From Candidatus Bathyarchaeota archaeon (GTDB taxonomy: Archaea > Thermoproteota > Bathyarchaeia > 40CM-2-53-6): DNA of 64,000 nt. The stretch lies in the NCBI GenBank assembly GCA_963726255.1, contig CAVSBL010000002.1, positions 2,144,001-2,208,000 on the forward strand. The letters run 5' to 3'. Below the pieces are notes generated by a model that had not been told where the DNA came from, searched no databases, and worked only from the letters and a program-made list of their open reading frames with translations. Of the stretch, positions 19,896 to 30,493 are shown in pieces. The position numbers were made by a program, and so were the translations under genes. The first letter of the stretch is position 1, and every line of letters begins with the position of its first letter.

Positions 19896-22781
19896 ATGTC
19901 CTTAAAGAGGCCGGCGAGGGATTTGAGCAGAAGGATTATCCCCGCTGTCATATTGATCTTCGCTGTTCTATTTTCCGGAACTAACTACGTTCCGACTGTT
20001 TCCGGCCACGCAAGTCTTTCGCCCGATTTGCATGTTACAGCTGTGACTCCGATACCCCAACTCAGCATAACCGAGTGGGACGTGCCATCTAATCTTGGCG
20101 GGCCAATTGGTGTCGGAATCGACCAACTCGGGAAAGTTTGGATAACCGAGAATGCGACCAGCAAGCTCGCTGTTTTCGACCCGTCCAACAATAATTTCAC
20201 GGAATGGAGTACGCCAACTAATCAAAGTCAGCCACGAAACCTGGTAGTCAAACAGGTCAGCGTCTCAGGTGTGAGCGTAACTCAGGTTTTCTTCACCGAA
20301 TATGCTTTGAATGCGATAGCTCGCTTTGACGTAGGCAGCAATACTTTCACGGAATGGCCGCTCCCCACCGGCAGTAGACCCGTCGGAATCTACGTCGACG
20401 AAAACAATGATATTTGGTTCACGGAGTCGGGTAGAGATGCTATAGGCAGACTGCACACCAGCACCAATAATCTAACCGAGTGGACTTTGCCCGGCGCGAC
20501 TACAATTCCTGGTTCGCCAATTCTGAAACCGTGGGGTATCTACGTTCAAGTAGTCACCAAACCCTCTGCCGCATCCAATCGATTTGTTTGGTTCACTGAG
20601 TCGAGCAGCAACGCGATTGGACGATTGGAGGCAAACAGCAATCGCTTGACTCTGTGGGACCTCAACTCGTTGGGCCTAGGCTCGTACCAGCCGACGGACA
20701 TAACGTACGGTACGGTGACCGCAATTCCATCTATCATCTTTTCAGATGCCAACAGCAATCGGATCTCAATTCTGTGGAATGACACAGGGGGCCCGTTGTC
20801 GACCTATAGAGACGCCATCATCCCAACCGGTGCCGCGGGTCCATCTGGCGTGACGTTTGACTCTGCTCGGAGTGCCGTTTGGTTCGCAGAGAATAACGTA
20901 GGGAACATTGCGAACCTGAATACGACAACCGTACTCAACCCCACGACTCTAACCGCTAACTACTGCACGATCCCCCCAGCCGTGGGAACGCCTTTATGTC
21001 TCTCCCCAGCGGCGATGACTTCGACATTGTTGAGTCCCATCGTCACCGCCAACGTGGCGGCGGTTTCACAGATTCAACCTCCGACCCAAACTTCGAACGT
21101 CGGAATATTTCAAAATTTCAACGGTTATGCAGAGTATAATCTTCCCAACCGCACCGCGGAACCGAACCTCATGGCGCTCGATTCAAGCGGCAATCTCTGG
21201 TTTACGGAAAGCAATGTCACCGTGAATCGCATAGGTCGCATCGGTGTCCCATACGTGTATCAAGTTTCAGCTTTTCCGATTACGCAGACAGTAAACACGG
21301 GAAACACTGCAACCTATACCGTAAACGTGGCTCTAACTTCCGGTACCCCAATACCTGTACAACTTTCACTCATCAACGCCCCCGCCAACGTTACAACCCT
21401 TTTCAACCCACAGCTTCAAGAACCGTCCTTCACATCCACGCTTACCATTGCCACGTCAAGCTCGACACCGACGGGAACTTTTCACATGATTGTCCAAGCA
21501 ATCAGTGGAGGCCAGACCCAATCTGCGGCAATTACTCTCACCGTTCAAACGGGGCCGCCACCAGCGTTCAACTACCAAATTAGCCTGACCAGCCCTGCGA
21601 GCGCAACAATTCCGCAGGGGGAGTCAGCGTCTTTTGGTTTGGCTATTGCATTGCTGAGTGGAAGCTCACAGTCTGTGAATCTCAGTGCCTCCGGGCTTCC
21701 GGCTGGCGCAATTCATTCGTTCACAAACTCCAGCGGACTGGTTCCGTTCTCTTCTACACTCAAGATTCAGACTACTGCGAATACTCCGGCCGGCTCATAC
21801 CCAATCACAATTACAGGAGTATCAAGCGGCGGAGTACAGCGTGATTCGGCTCAGGCCCCTATCTTGGTAATCACCGAAGTGTTCCGAGACTTCAACCTAA
21901 CATCTTCTGTTAATCAAGTCATCCTAGTCCAAGGATCTAAGGCTGACGTGCCAATCACTGTGACCGCAGTCGGAGCCTTTAGCGGTGACGTAAATTTCGA
22001 GGCCACATTCTCGCCCCCAGAGCTTGGCCTAGGGGCCTCTTTCTCGCCGTCCCCCGTGACAGTTCAGGCCAATGGAACTGCACAGACAACAATGGAGATC
22101 ATTGCATTCAAAGGCACATCTGGAACCTATCAGCTCACAATCACCGCAACAAGCTCGAACCCATCTCGAAGCCATCAAATAGTAATGAGCGTTCGTGTTT
22201 CACCCTGCCTCATAGCCACAGCCACCTTTGGTTCCGAGCTAGCACCTGAGGTTCAATTCTTGCGAGGATTCCGCGACCAGCAAATCATGCAGACGTTTGC
22301 TGGATCAAACTTTATGGAAGTTTTCAACGCTTGGTACTATTCGTTCAGCCCCGCAGTGGCACAATATGAGTATTCACACGCAACAACTCGTGCCATGGTT
22401 AAGTTGGCACTCTACCCCTTGATGGGCGTCCTACATCTCTCATCGTCAACCTACGCTTTCGTCGGATTCGAACCGGAAGCAGCTGCCTTAGTTGCTGGCT
22501 TAATCGCCAGTTCTCTCATCGGCCTCGCATACCTCGCCCTGCCGTTAACAGGCGTATTCTGGGTCAAACGAAACAGAATCAACGCCAGAACTAGGCGCAG
22601 AGTTGCGAAATGGATGGCCATCGTTTTCGCGGCCTTGATTGCAGGTTTTGTTGTTTCGGAGCTAATGGCAATAGCAGTCGTAATGATGGTTGCCAGCGCA
22701 GGCCTCGTTTTGACAGCCCTGCTAGCAGGAAGCGTTCTGCCAGCATTCAAACTCGTCGAATTCGTCAAGCGCCGAAACTAA
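19896..22781 (+). CDS. Secreted/surface protein: Vgb-like beta-propeller + three Ig-like repeats + CFI-box-CTERM + C-terminal TM helices
   Basis: Signal peptide, repeated WFTE..N.IGR blades, STLTI/TP.GTY.ITI repeats, PCLIATATFGSELAPEVQFLRGFRD. Confidence 0.85.
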   Translation: MSLKRPARDLSRRIIPAVILIFAVLFSGTNYVPTVSGHASLSPDLHVTAVTPIPQLSITEWDVPSNLGGPIGVGIDQLGKVWITENATSKLAVFDPSNNNFTEWSTPTNQSQPRNLVVKQVSVSGVSVTQVFFTEYALNAIARFDVGSNTFTEWPLPTGSRPVGIYVDENNDIWFTESGRDAIGRLHTSTNNLTEWTLPGATTIPGSPILKPWGIYVQVVTKPSAASNRFVWFTESSSNAIGRLEANSNRLTLWDLNSLGLGSYQPTDITYGTVTAIPSIIFSDANSNRISILWNDTGGPLSTYRDAIIPTGAAGPSGVTFDSARSAVWFAENNVGNIANLNTTTVLNPTTLTANYCTIPPAVGTPLCLSPAAMTSTLLSPIVTANVAAVSQIQPPTQTSNVGIFQNFNGYAEYNLPNRTAEPNLMALDSSGNLWFTESNVTVNRIGRIGVPYVYQVSAFPITQTVNTGNTATYTVNVALTSGTPIPVQLSLINAPANVTTLFNPQLQEPSFTSTLTIATSSSTPTGTFHMIVQAISGGQTQSAAITLTVQTGPPPAFNYQISLTSPASATIPQGESASFGLAIALLSGSSQSVNLSASGLPAGAIHSFTNSSGLVPFSSTLKIQTTANTPAGSYPITITGVSSGGVQRDSAQAPILVITEVFRDFNLTSSVNQVILVQGSKADVPITVTAVGAFSGDVNFEATFSPPELGLGASFSPSPVTVQANGTAQTTMEIIAFKGTSGTYQLTITATSSNPSRSHQIVMSVRVSPCLIATATFGSELAPEVQFLRGFRDQQIMQTFAGSNFMEVFNAWYYSFSPAVAQYEYSHATTRAMVKLALYPLMGVLHLSSSTYAFVGFEPEAAALVAGLIASSLIGLAYLALPLTGVFWVKRNRINARTRRRVAKWMAIVFAALIAGFVVSELMAIAVVMMVASAGLVLTALLAGSVLPAFKLVEFVKRRN

Positions 22782-24031
22782 GCATCTTTCCTTCTAAGTC
22801 GCAATTGCATTGCCTCTAGCATCACAAGATCTGACACCTCTCTTGCTGGCATGGAGAGCGTTTCAGCAATCGAGCGGATGTCTTCGAATTCAGGTTTCAC
22901 TCTTACAACGTTACCTGATCGGTCTTTCGCAAACTTGACTCTCACATCAAACGTCCTCCCCCCAATTTCCAACTTAATTGTTTCAATCTCCCTTTGTAAC
23001 GTGAACCGATTCCACACTTGAAATCTAACACCGAGTGTGCCTGTCTCTCTAATCATGATCGCAGAGATCTTCTCCGCGTCATCGATCTCGCAAATCGCAT
23101 GCAGAACATGCCCAGGGCGGGTCTTTTTGAATATCGCCGGGGTGACCCACGCATCCATTGCACCCGTTTCGAGGATTTTTTGTAAGGCGTGCCCTAATGT
23201 TTCACCAGGTAGGTCGTCGAGATTCGTCTCGAGGACAAGAATCCTTTCAGAATCGAACTTTCCGGCGATGGCGTGCCCAAGAACGACTCTGAGCAGATTC
23301 GGTGTCTTAGCGAGCTCTTTGCTACCGGCGCCGTACCCGATTTTCTCAGGAACCATAGACGGATACGTTTCGGGGAATCTTTTCGCCAAGCAGGAGAGCA
23401 TCGCTATTCCGGTTGGAGTCGCGAGCTCCTCAGCTTCAGGACCACCAATAAGAGGGATACCATGTCGCCGAGCAATTTCTAGAACTGCGGGCGCTGGTGT
23501 AGAGATGGTTCCGTGAGAGAAAGTAACTAAACCACCGCCGACTGCCACAGGGGTGCCGCATATTTCACCACGAAGAACCCCTAGCGAGTCACACGCAGAA
23601 GCAACTCCAAAAACGTCCGCTAAAGTGTCAGTCGACCCTGCTTCATGTAAATGTGCCCTTGAAAGTTCGACTCCATGGAGTTCACTCTCAACATCAACCA
23701 AGATTTGAACCGAAGCTTCCGCGAAGGACCTCGCTTTCTCGCTTAGGTTTGATGCATGTGCAACATCTTGAGATGCTTGAATGAGTTCTTTGGCTCCGGT
23801 TTCTCCTTCCTCTTCCGAGATTGTAAAATGAACTGCCCTTGTTCTAAATCCGTGTCTGGTGACGTCTGCTGTCTCAAAGCGCAGTGATTTGCACTTCGAA
23901 TAATGTTGGGGAATCAACTTCAAAGTTTCTTGGATATTCTGAATATTTGCTCCGGCGTCGATCAAAGCGCCGAGCAACATGTCTCCAGATATTCCGGCTG
24001 TTTGACAGTCGATGAGAGTGATTCCTGGCAA
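22778..24031 (-). CDS. larC: Nickel pincer cofactor biosynthesis protein LarC
   Basis: GISGDMLLGAL, HLHEAG, TPTG, ETNLDD, KPEFED. Confidence 0.93.
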   Translation of the reverse strand: MPGITLIDCQTAGISGDMLLGALIDAGANIQNIQETLKLIPQHYSKCKSLRFETADVTRHGFRTRAVHFTISEEEGETGAKELIQASQDVAHASNLSEKARSFAEASVQILVDVESELHGVELSRAHLHEAGSTDTLADVFGVASACDSLGVLRGEICGTPVAVGGGLVTFSHGTISTPAPAVLEIARRHGIPLIGGPEAEELATPTGIAMLSCLAKRFPETYPSMVPEKIGYGAGSKELAKTPNLLRVVLGHAIAGKFDSERILVLETNLDDLPGETLGHALQKILETGAMDAWVTPAIFKKTRPGHVLHAICEIDDAEKISAIMIRETGTLGVRFQVWNRFTLQREIETIKLEIGGRTFDVRVKFAKDRSGNVVRVKPEFEDIRSIAETLSMPAREVSDLVMLEAMQLRLRRKDA

Positions 24032-24213
24032 ATCTTGTCTGCCCCAGGTACTACTTAGCCCTAGAGCAGAAATAAGTCATTTCGGCGAAAGCTATCACGC
24101 GTAATTTTCGCCGCAAAACCGTCCTAGTTGAAGAAAGGTAAGCCATTCTCAGTAGCGCACAATCTCTGCCAAGGAAGATGCGAAATGGGTTAAGTCGTTT
24201 GGGTCTGAACGAA

Positions 24214-24594
24214 CTATTCCTCGTAGGCGATGGCATCAATCTCGATGAGCATGCCCGGTGCGGGTAGTTTCGCCTCGACGGTGGTTCTTGCTGGTGGATT
24301 CTCAGGAAAGAAAGTCTTGTAGACTTCGTTCATCTTCTTGAAATCATCAAGGTTCTTCAGAAAGATGGACACTTTGACAACATCGCGCATTGAAAGGCCG
24401 GAAGCCTCCACAATACCTTTGATATTTGTCAATACTTGGCGAGTTTGAGTTTCCACGTCCCCACCCAACTGCCCGGTCTTTGGGTCGCTCGGTCCTTGCC
24501 CGGCCACGAACAGAAAGTTGCCTGCTTTGACTCCTTGGGAGTAGGGGCCTATTGGCTGTGGGGCGTTAGGTGTTCGGATGTATTGCTTTGCCAT
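24214..24594 (-). CDS. ridA: RidA family reactive intermediate deaminase
   Basis: IGPYSQ, PPART, IEIDAIA. Confidence 0.93.
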   Translation of the reverse strand: MAKQYIRTPNAPQPIGPYSQGVKAGNFLFVAGQGPSDPKTGQLGGDVETQTRQVLTNIKGIVEASGLSMRDVVKVSIFLKNLDDFKKMNEVYKTFFPENPPARTTVEAKLPAPGMLIEIDAIAYEE

Positions 24595-24615
24595 TTCAAA
24601 CACTCTACTCGCATA

Positions 24616-24894
24616 CTATGCTCCTGATTGCAGGTTGAACGGCTTTCCTTCTTGGAGTGTCTTCTGCGGGATCTTCTCCTTCCATTTTTGCAGGAATGGG
24701 AAGTCTTCGCTCCGTTCTCTCAACTCGTCAGGCAGCATATGTGGGATTTCATCTATGATGGGATACCAGCGATTGCATTTTGGACAGGTGATCATCCCAG
24801 AACTGACCTCTTCTTTCTCTTCAAAGACCAGCAGTTCAAGCGGATAGAACTTGTCTATTGGGCAGGCTAGAATATCCATCAATTTCCGTTTCAA
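24616..24894 (-). CDS. Trm112 family methyltransferase activator
   Basis: LMDILACPIDK, CPKC, YPIIDEIPHML. Confidence 0.9.
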   Translation of the reverse strand: MKRKLMDILACPIDKFYPLELLVFEEKEEVSSGMITCPKCNRWYPIIDEIPHMLPDELRERSEDFPFLQKWKEKIPQKTLQEGKPFNLQSGA

Positions 24895-24964
24895 CGCAAA
24901 ACCATCCGTCATCTACTCAGCACCCAACTGAAATATACCATTTTGGCTTGTCTTTCTAGAGAAA

Positions 24965-26788
24965 TCACACACGGTTAGCGGAACTCGACTCTCGCAGCCT
25001 ATCCATTAATTTCGAGAGTTCCTGCCACAATACTGTAGGAAATCCTTCTCCGAGGCTTTCAAAGAACAGCCGAGAAGATTCGAGTTCGTCCATCCACGCT
25101 ACCTTATCCACGCGCAGTAACTCGTCGATTGTAGTTTCCGGAATATTCATTCCCTCCGTATAAAGTGAGGTAGCCGTTGGAACGTAACCTATCGGCGTTT
25201 CAACCGCTTCAGCCTTACCCATGCACCTTTCAACGATCCACTTGAGAACGACGAGGTTGTGACTATACCCGGGCCAGAGAAACCTTCCATCTCGGCCCAT
25301 TCTGAAAGCATTAATCTGGAATATTTTCGGCAGTTTTCCACTCCGTGATCGAAATGATAACCAGTGGTTGAAGTAATCTGCGATGTGGTATCCACAGAAT
25401 GGTTTCATTGCCATGGGATCGTTTCTTAGAACCCCGACCTCACCTGCGGCGGCAGCTGTAGTTTCAACTCTAAGCATTGCTCCCATCAGGACGCCGTGTT
25501 CCCAGTTGAAGGATTCGTAAACTAACGGAACGAGCTCTGGCCTTCTTCCCCCGAAAATTATGGCTGTGATTGGGACTCCGTTTGGATTGTTATATTCGGG
25601 GGATAGGGATGGGTATTGATGGATTGAGGTAGTGAACCTTGAGTTTGGATGGGCGGCGTTTCCAGCAGACTTGCCTGCTGTCCATACTTTTCCCTGCCAA
25701 TCCCAAAGTTTTCTGGGGTGTTCGCCCATGCCTTCCCACCATGGAGTTTTGTCTGAGGACAAGGCGACGTTCGTGAATATTGTGTTCTTCTTGACCATTT
25801 CCATTATTCTTGGGTTGGTCTTCATGCTGGTGTTAGGCGCGACTGCGAAGAATCCGCTCTCGGGATTGATTGCCCTAAACTTTCCTTCTGAATCTAGATG
25901 AATCCAAGCTATATCATCGCTGATCGCCCAGACGTTCCATCCTTTCATGTATTCTGGCGGCTTGAGCATGGTCAAGTTAGTTTTGCCGCTGGCACTGGGA
26001 AACGCCGCCGTCACATAAGTCACCTTGCCCTCTGGATCTTCAATTCCTATGACCAGCATGTGTTCAGCAAGCCATCCCTCATCTCTCGCCATAACACTCG
26101 CGAGTCTGAGGGAGTGGCATTTCTTGCTGAGAAGGGCGTTTCCTCCATAGTTCGAGTTCAAACTCATTACGAGTTTCTCATCCGGAAAATGGCAAATGTA
26201 CCTATTACTTGGGTCAAGTACGCCGGTTGAATGCACGCCCTTCACAAACCCACCGCCCTTCAAGTGGTCTAATGCGACATTACCTACTTTCGTCATGATT
26301 CTCATGTTCGCGGCGACATAGGGGCTGTCAGTTAGCTCAACCCCAACCTGAGAGTAAGGCGAATTTACAGGGCCCAACAAGTAAGGGATAACGTACATTG
26401 TTCGCCCAATCATGCAGCTATCGAAAAGCTTCAGTAACTTTGCGTGGGCCTCATCAGGCGCCATCCAATTGTTGGTGGGGCCCACATAGTCTCTGTTCTC
26501 TGTGCAGATGAAGGTCGCTTCTTCGCTTCTCGCGACATCGTTCGGGTCACTTCTGTGCAGGTAACAGTTTGGATATTTCTCTTCGTTAAGTTTGATCAGA
26601 ATCCCATCTGCAATCATCCCGTTAATGAGAGAATGAAATTCATCTTCAGACCCATCACACCACACAATGCTGGCTGGCTTCGTTATCTTGGCAACGGCAT
26701 CTATCCACTCAATCACAGGTTGCTGAAAGCCATTCCCCGAAGCCTTGAAGACCATCATTATTCTCCTAGATAGAATGCCACTAATCAA
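24965..26788 (-). CDS. pckG: Phosphoenolpyruvate carboxykinase (GTP)
   Basis: YGGNALL, WLAEHM, AFPSASGKTN, SDDIAW, HPNSRF. Confidence 0.95.
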   Translation of the reverse strand: MISGILSRRIMMVFKASGNGFQQPVIEWIDAVAKITKPASIVWCDGSEDEFHSLINGMIADGILIKLNEEKYPNCYLHRSDPNDVARSEEATFICTENRDYVGPTNNWMAPDEAHAKLLKLFDSCMIGRTMYVIPYLLGPVNSPYSQVGVELTDSPYVAANMRIMTKVGNVALDHLKGGGFVKGVHSTGVLDPSNRYICHFPDEKLVMSLNSNYGGNALLSKKCHSLRLASVMARDEGWLAEHMLVIGIEDPEGKVTYVTAAFPSASGKTNLTMLKPPEYMKGWNVWAISDDIAWIHLDSEGKFRAINPESGFFAVAPNTSMKTNPRIMEMVKKNTIFTNVALSSDKTPWWEGMGEHPRKLWDWQGKVWTAGKSAGNAAHPNSRFTTSIHQYPSLSPEYNNPNGVPITAIIFGGRRPELVPLVYESFNWEHGVLMGAMLRVETTAAAAGEVGVLRNDPMAMKPFCGYHIADYFNHWLSFRSRSGKLPKIFQINAFRMGRDGRFLWPGYSHNLVVLKWIVERCMGKAEAVETPIGYVPTATSLYTEGMNIPETTIDELLRVDKVAWMDELESSRLFFESLGEGFPTVLWQELSKLMDRLRESSSANRV

Positions 26789-26881
26789 TTTGTATCGGTT
26801 GAAGCCCGGCTAATAATTCCTGTAAATTCAGGAATGCGCAACCCAATATACCGCTTTCGAGTTCTTTTGGCTTGGCTCTCA

Positions 26882-27259
26882 ATGAGTTCACTGGGGCTAA
26901 ACGATTCGAAGTTCTTCCGTGCGAAGGTTGTCAGTCTTATACTTGATGGGAAGACTGAATTTGCTTTGAAACTTCTTTCGGACTTCTACGGAATCAGCGA
27001 ACCGGACTTGAAGGTAGGAACAGTGAAGCGACACAGGCGAGTTGCAGCATGTTACGTGGAGAACGAGAAGCGCATCTATTTGTCGAAGAGTGAATACTTA
27101 ACGAGCCCCTTTGTCATTTTGCATGAATTCTACCACCATCTAAGGGCTTCCGAAGTGAAGAAGAAGGGGCAAGTCGACAAGCGAGCTGACCTATTCGCTT
27201 CAAACTTCATTCGTGGTTTCGTATCTACGCATGAGTCAAGCAGTAGTGGGAGCCTCTAG
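26882..27259 (+). CDS. Small HExxH zincin-like protein
   Basis: ILHEFYHH followed by DKRADLFA. Confidence 0.7.
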   Translation: MSSLGLNDSKFFRAKVVSLILDGKTEFALKLLSDFYGISEPDLKVGTVKRHRRVAACYVENEKRIYLSKSEYLTSPFVILHEFYHHLRASEVKKKGQVDKRADLFASNFIRGFVSTHESSSSGSL

Positions 27260-28204
27260 CGTGATGGTTCGCCCCGAAGTACCGGATTGAAGAACCACTT
27301 CACAAATCTCCACTGCACGCAGCCCATCCTCCGCACTAACGCGAAATGGGCGATCACTGAGTATGGATTCAGCGAAATGTGCCAGTTCGGCTCGTAGGGG
27401 CTCCTTCCTCTCCAGATACGGCCTTATGGACATGTCAGAGTTCTCGACGGAAATCTCCTGCGAGATATAATCCAACTGGACGGTAGCTTCGCTTCCAGTC
27501 ACAACTAATGTGCGGGTTTTCTGAGGCGTTAGCCAATTTGCATCAATGAACGCAGTCCCACCCTTCTTGAACTGAAGCATGATCTCGGCGTAATCTTCCC
27601 TAGTGTGCCTGATGCTTCCCGTCCTGGCGTGGACAGAGCTAACGTCATCATTGAAGATGTATCTGGCCAAGTCAATGTCGTGGATGGCCGTGTCCCTCAC
27701 AACCCCAACATCGCCTATCCTTTCCGGCCACCTTCCAACCCGCCTTGCGAGGAGCAACATAACTGTGCCGAGTTTTCCTTCCTTAAGCAAAGATTTCAGA
27801 TAATCTACTGCAGGGTTGAAACGTTCAATGTGACCGGGCATCAATCTGAGGCCCTTCCGTTTCGCAAGGGCCAGCAATTCACTTGCTTCCGCAGGAGTGT
27901 TTGTCATCGGTTTCTCCACGAGGGCATGCTTTCCTGCCAACAGAGCCTTTGTTGCGATTTGCTTGTGAGTTGTAGTGGGGGTGCATATTGTTACGGCGTC
28001 TAGGTCTTTGCGTGAAAGAACTTCGTCCACGTTCGTGAAGTAAGGTACGTGAAATTCCGCGCCGACATTCTTGGCGCTGGCTTCTTCGATGTCGCAGATG
28101 CAGACCAGTTCCGCAGGCTCAATCTGAGACAGCACGCGTGCTTGGTTTTTCCCCCAGAAACCTGTCCCCAAGACTGCGGTTCGAAGCTTCTTCAACGCGT
28201 CCAA
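27236..28204 (-). CDS. Gfo/Idh/MocA oxidoreductase (WlbA-like NDP-sugar 3-dehydrogenase)
   Basis: GTGFWG, VEKP, GHIERFNP, DTAIHDID. Confidence 0.9.
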   Translation of the reverse strand: MDALKKLRTAVLGTGFWGKNQARVLSQIEPAELVCICDIEEASAKNVGAEFHVPYFTNVDEVLSRKDLDAVTICTPTTTHKQIATKALLAGKHALVEKPMTNTPAEASELLALAKRKGLRLMPGHIERFNPAVDYLKSLLKEGKLGTVMLLLARRVGRWPERIGDVGVVRDTAIHDIDLARYIFNDDVSSVHARTGSIRHTREDYAEIMLQFKKGGTAFIDANWLTPQKTRTLVVTGSEATVQLDYISQEISVENSDMSIRPYLERKEPLRAELAHFAESILSDRPFRVSAEDGLRAVEICEVVLQSGTSGRTITLEAPTTA

Positions 28205-29595
28205 ACTCCTCTGCCTACACCCCTGTAGACGAGTCCGCTTTTCTCTACACTTGTCGGGTCAAGGATTCCGGTGCAGTCGATAATCAGTCCCTTCTTCGAC
28301 ATGTGAGCTGCAAGTTCAACGGTGTCCATGTTCTTGAAGTCGTCATGTGCGACGGTCAATATCACGCAGTCTGCCTTCTCAACGGCCTTACGCATAGTCT
28401 GCTCAGAGGTCAGGCCGAGTGATTCCATGTCGGACGCATTGAAGAGTGGGTCGAAGGCGGTTACTCTGGCCCCGCGTTTCTTCAAGATCGCTATTAGGTC
28501 AAGGGAAGGGGAGTATCGTGTTTCTTTGACGTTGGGGCGGTAGCTGATTCCAAGGACAACTACTTTCGCTCGTTTGAGTGATTTTCCTGAAACCCGCATC
28601 CCATCCGAAGCCAGCTTGACAACGTGGCGTGGCATGAGGTCGTTCATCTTTCGGCCGTCGAGGACCAACCTGAGCCGAGCGTCGAGAGAATAGGTTTCAC
28701 TGGCCAGAAGATATGGGTACACCGGCAGGCAGTGACCTCCAACCCCGACGCCGGTTGAATGAAGGTGTGAGTAAGGTTGGCTGTTGGCGGCTCTCATTGT
28801 TTCCCTATAATCGACTCCAATCTCCTCGCAGAGAAGAGCGAACTCGTTGGCGAGCGCTATGTTGACGTCCCTGTAAATGGTCTCGAAGAGCTTTGATAGT
28901 TCTGCGGTTTTGATGTCTTGGACGCGGATGAGTTCACCCTTCACTATTACAGAGATTGCAGCGCAAGCCGCCTCGAGGCTTTTCTTGTCAACCGCGCCGA
29001 CAATCTTGCTGTACGTTTGAATGTCTTGGAGTGCTCTTCCCCCCATTGCACGAATCGGACTATAAGCGAGCCCAAAGCCTTGGCCTGCAATAAGACCGGA
29101 GTACTTTTCGATCGTGGCCTTTACCACGCGTTCGGTGACCCCTGGGCCGCAAGTGCTCTCAAATATTACTAGGCTACCGCTCTTCAAGCCCTTGCCTATG
29201 CTTACGCAAGCGTCTTCAACTGCCGAGTAATCCGCGCGTTTCTGCCTGTCTATCATAGTTGGAACTACTATGTAGATAATATCCGAGTTGGCCGCGGCTT
29301 CTTCCGTGTTTGTAGTTGCCGTAAGCTTGCCCGACCTTGTTGTTTTCTTGAGTGCAACAGATAGGCCGGGTTCATCGATTGGGGGGTCTCCCTTCGATAC
29401 CCGCTCGACAACCTTTGGATTCATATCGGCCCCAATTACTCGAGCTCCGGCATCGGCGTAAAGGCATGCTGTTGGCAAGCCCATCCAGCCTAAGCCTACG
29501 ACCCCGACCGTTAGCTCACCGTCCCTGATTCTGACAGCGATTTCGCCTGGTTCGAGGGACAGCGGTGTCTGGGGGGATTGTGTAGTGGATGACAT
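28192..29595 (-). CDS. Nucleotide sugar dehydrogenase (WecC/WbpA-like)
   Basis: GLGWMG, ESTCGPG, RDVNIALANE, GGHCLP. Confidence 0.92.
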   Translation of the reverse strand: MSSTTQSPQTPLSLEPGEIAVRIRDGELTVGVVGLGWMGLPTACLYADAGARVIGADMNPKVVERVSKGDPPIDEPGLSVALKKTTRSGKLTATTNTEEAAANSDIIYIVVPTMIDRQKRADYSAVEDACVSIGKGLKSGSLVIFESTCGPGVTERVVKATIEKYSGLIAGQGFGLAYSPIRAMGGRALQDIQTYSKIVGAVDKKSLEAACAAISVIVKGELIRVQDIKTAELSKLFETIYRDVNIALANEFALLCEEIGVDYRETMRAANSQPYSHLHSTGVGVGGHCLPVYPYLLASETYSLDARLRLVLDGRKMNDLMPRHVVKLASDGMRVSGKSLKRAKVVVLGISYRPNVKETRYSPSLDLIAILKKRGARVTAFDPLFNASDMESLGLTSEQTMRKAVEKADCVILTVAHDDFKNMDTVELAAHMSKKGLIIDCTGILDPTSVEKSGLVYRGVGRGVWTR

Positions 29596-29662
29596 TAAGC
29601 AATCACCGATTAGTGGCGTCCACAGAAATATTTAACTGTTTTTAACTCTACAGGAGTGAACC

Positions 29663-30493
29663 ATGTCCATCGCGCGCATAAAGGAACAATTGAGAAGGGT
29701 TGGCCTAACGTCCTATGAATCCGAGGCTTACCTTGCACTCCTGCAAAGACGCGAAGTGACTGCTGAAGAGATTTCGAAGATGACGTCGGTTCCAATAACC
29801 CGTGTTTACGGAACCCTTGAGCAGCTCACGCAGAAGGGTTTCGCGAGGATAGTTGAAAGCAGGCCCAAGAAGTTTCATGCCGTTTCCCCTGAAGAAGCGA
29901 GACGCGAATACCTGACCCAGTTGCGGAGAAATTTCGAAACGAACCTCCTTACGCTTGGAGAAACAATGGGAAATCTGCAAAGGCAAGTGGAGCCAATCTA
30001 CGTCGAAAGTCATCTTCAGGTGAAGGCAGAGGAGTTACTTGAGCCGTTGGAGGATTTGAGAATCATGGAGAAAAGGACTGGTGATTACGTTCAAGAAGCG
30101 ACGGAAGAAATCATGATTTCCACAGCATTATTCTCTTGGCTTCCTAAACTGAAAACTCAACTTAGGAACGCGTTGGCAAGGGGTGTGAGTGTCAGAATCC
30201 TGATGCAGCTTGCAGACAGCCGAGTCAAACGGCACCTCGATGATCTCAACAACTTAGGGGCGCAGATCAGAGATACCGCTGACCCATGGCATCCAGTCCG
30301 CGGAACATTAATTGATAACAATGATCTGATTTTCGTAATATGGGCGGCGGAAGAGGCGGAGCGCCATTGGAACCCCATTGTTTACACACCAAACCATACG
30401 AAAAACCCGGGGTTGATCAGGATTTTTCGTGAGTCGTTCCTGTACCGGTGGAGTAACTCCAAGAAAATAGCCACGGTAAGGTTGGTCAAATGA
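29663..30493 (+). CDS. TrmB family transcriptional regulator
   Basis: GLTSYESEAYLAL, VPITRVYGTL wHTH; PLD-like effector domain. Confidence 0.9.
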   Translation: MSIARIKEQLRRVGLTSYESEAYLALLQRREVTAEEISKMTSVPITRVYGTLEQLTQKGFARIVESRPKKFHAVSPEEARREYLTQLRRNFETNLLTLGETMGNLQRQVEPIYVESHLQVKAEELLEPLEDLRIMEKRTGDYVQEATEEIMISTALFSWLPKLKTQLRNALARGVSVRILMQLADSRVKRHLDDLNNLGAQIRDTADPWHPVRGTLIDNNDLIFVIWAAEEAERHWNPIVYTPNHTKNPGLIRIFRESFLYRWSNSKKIATVRLVK

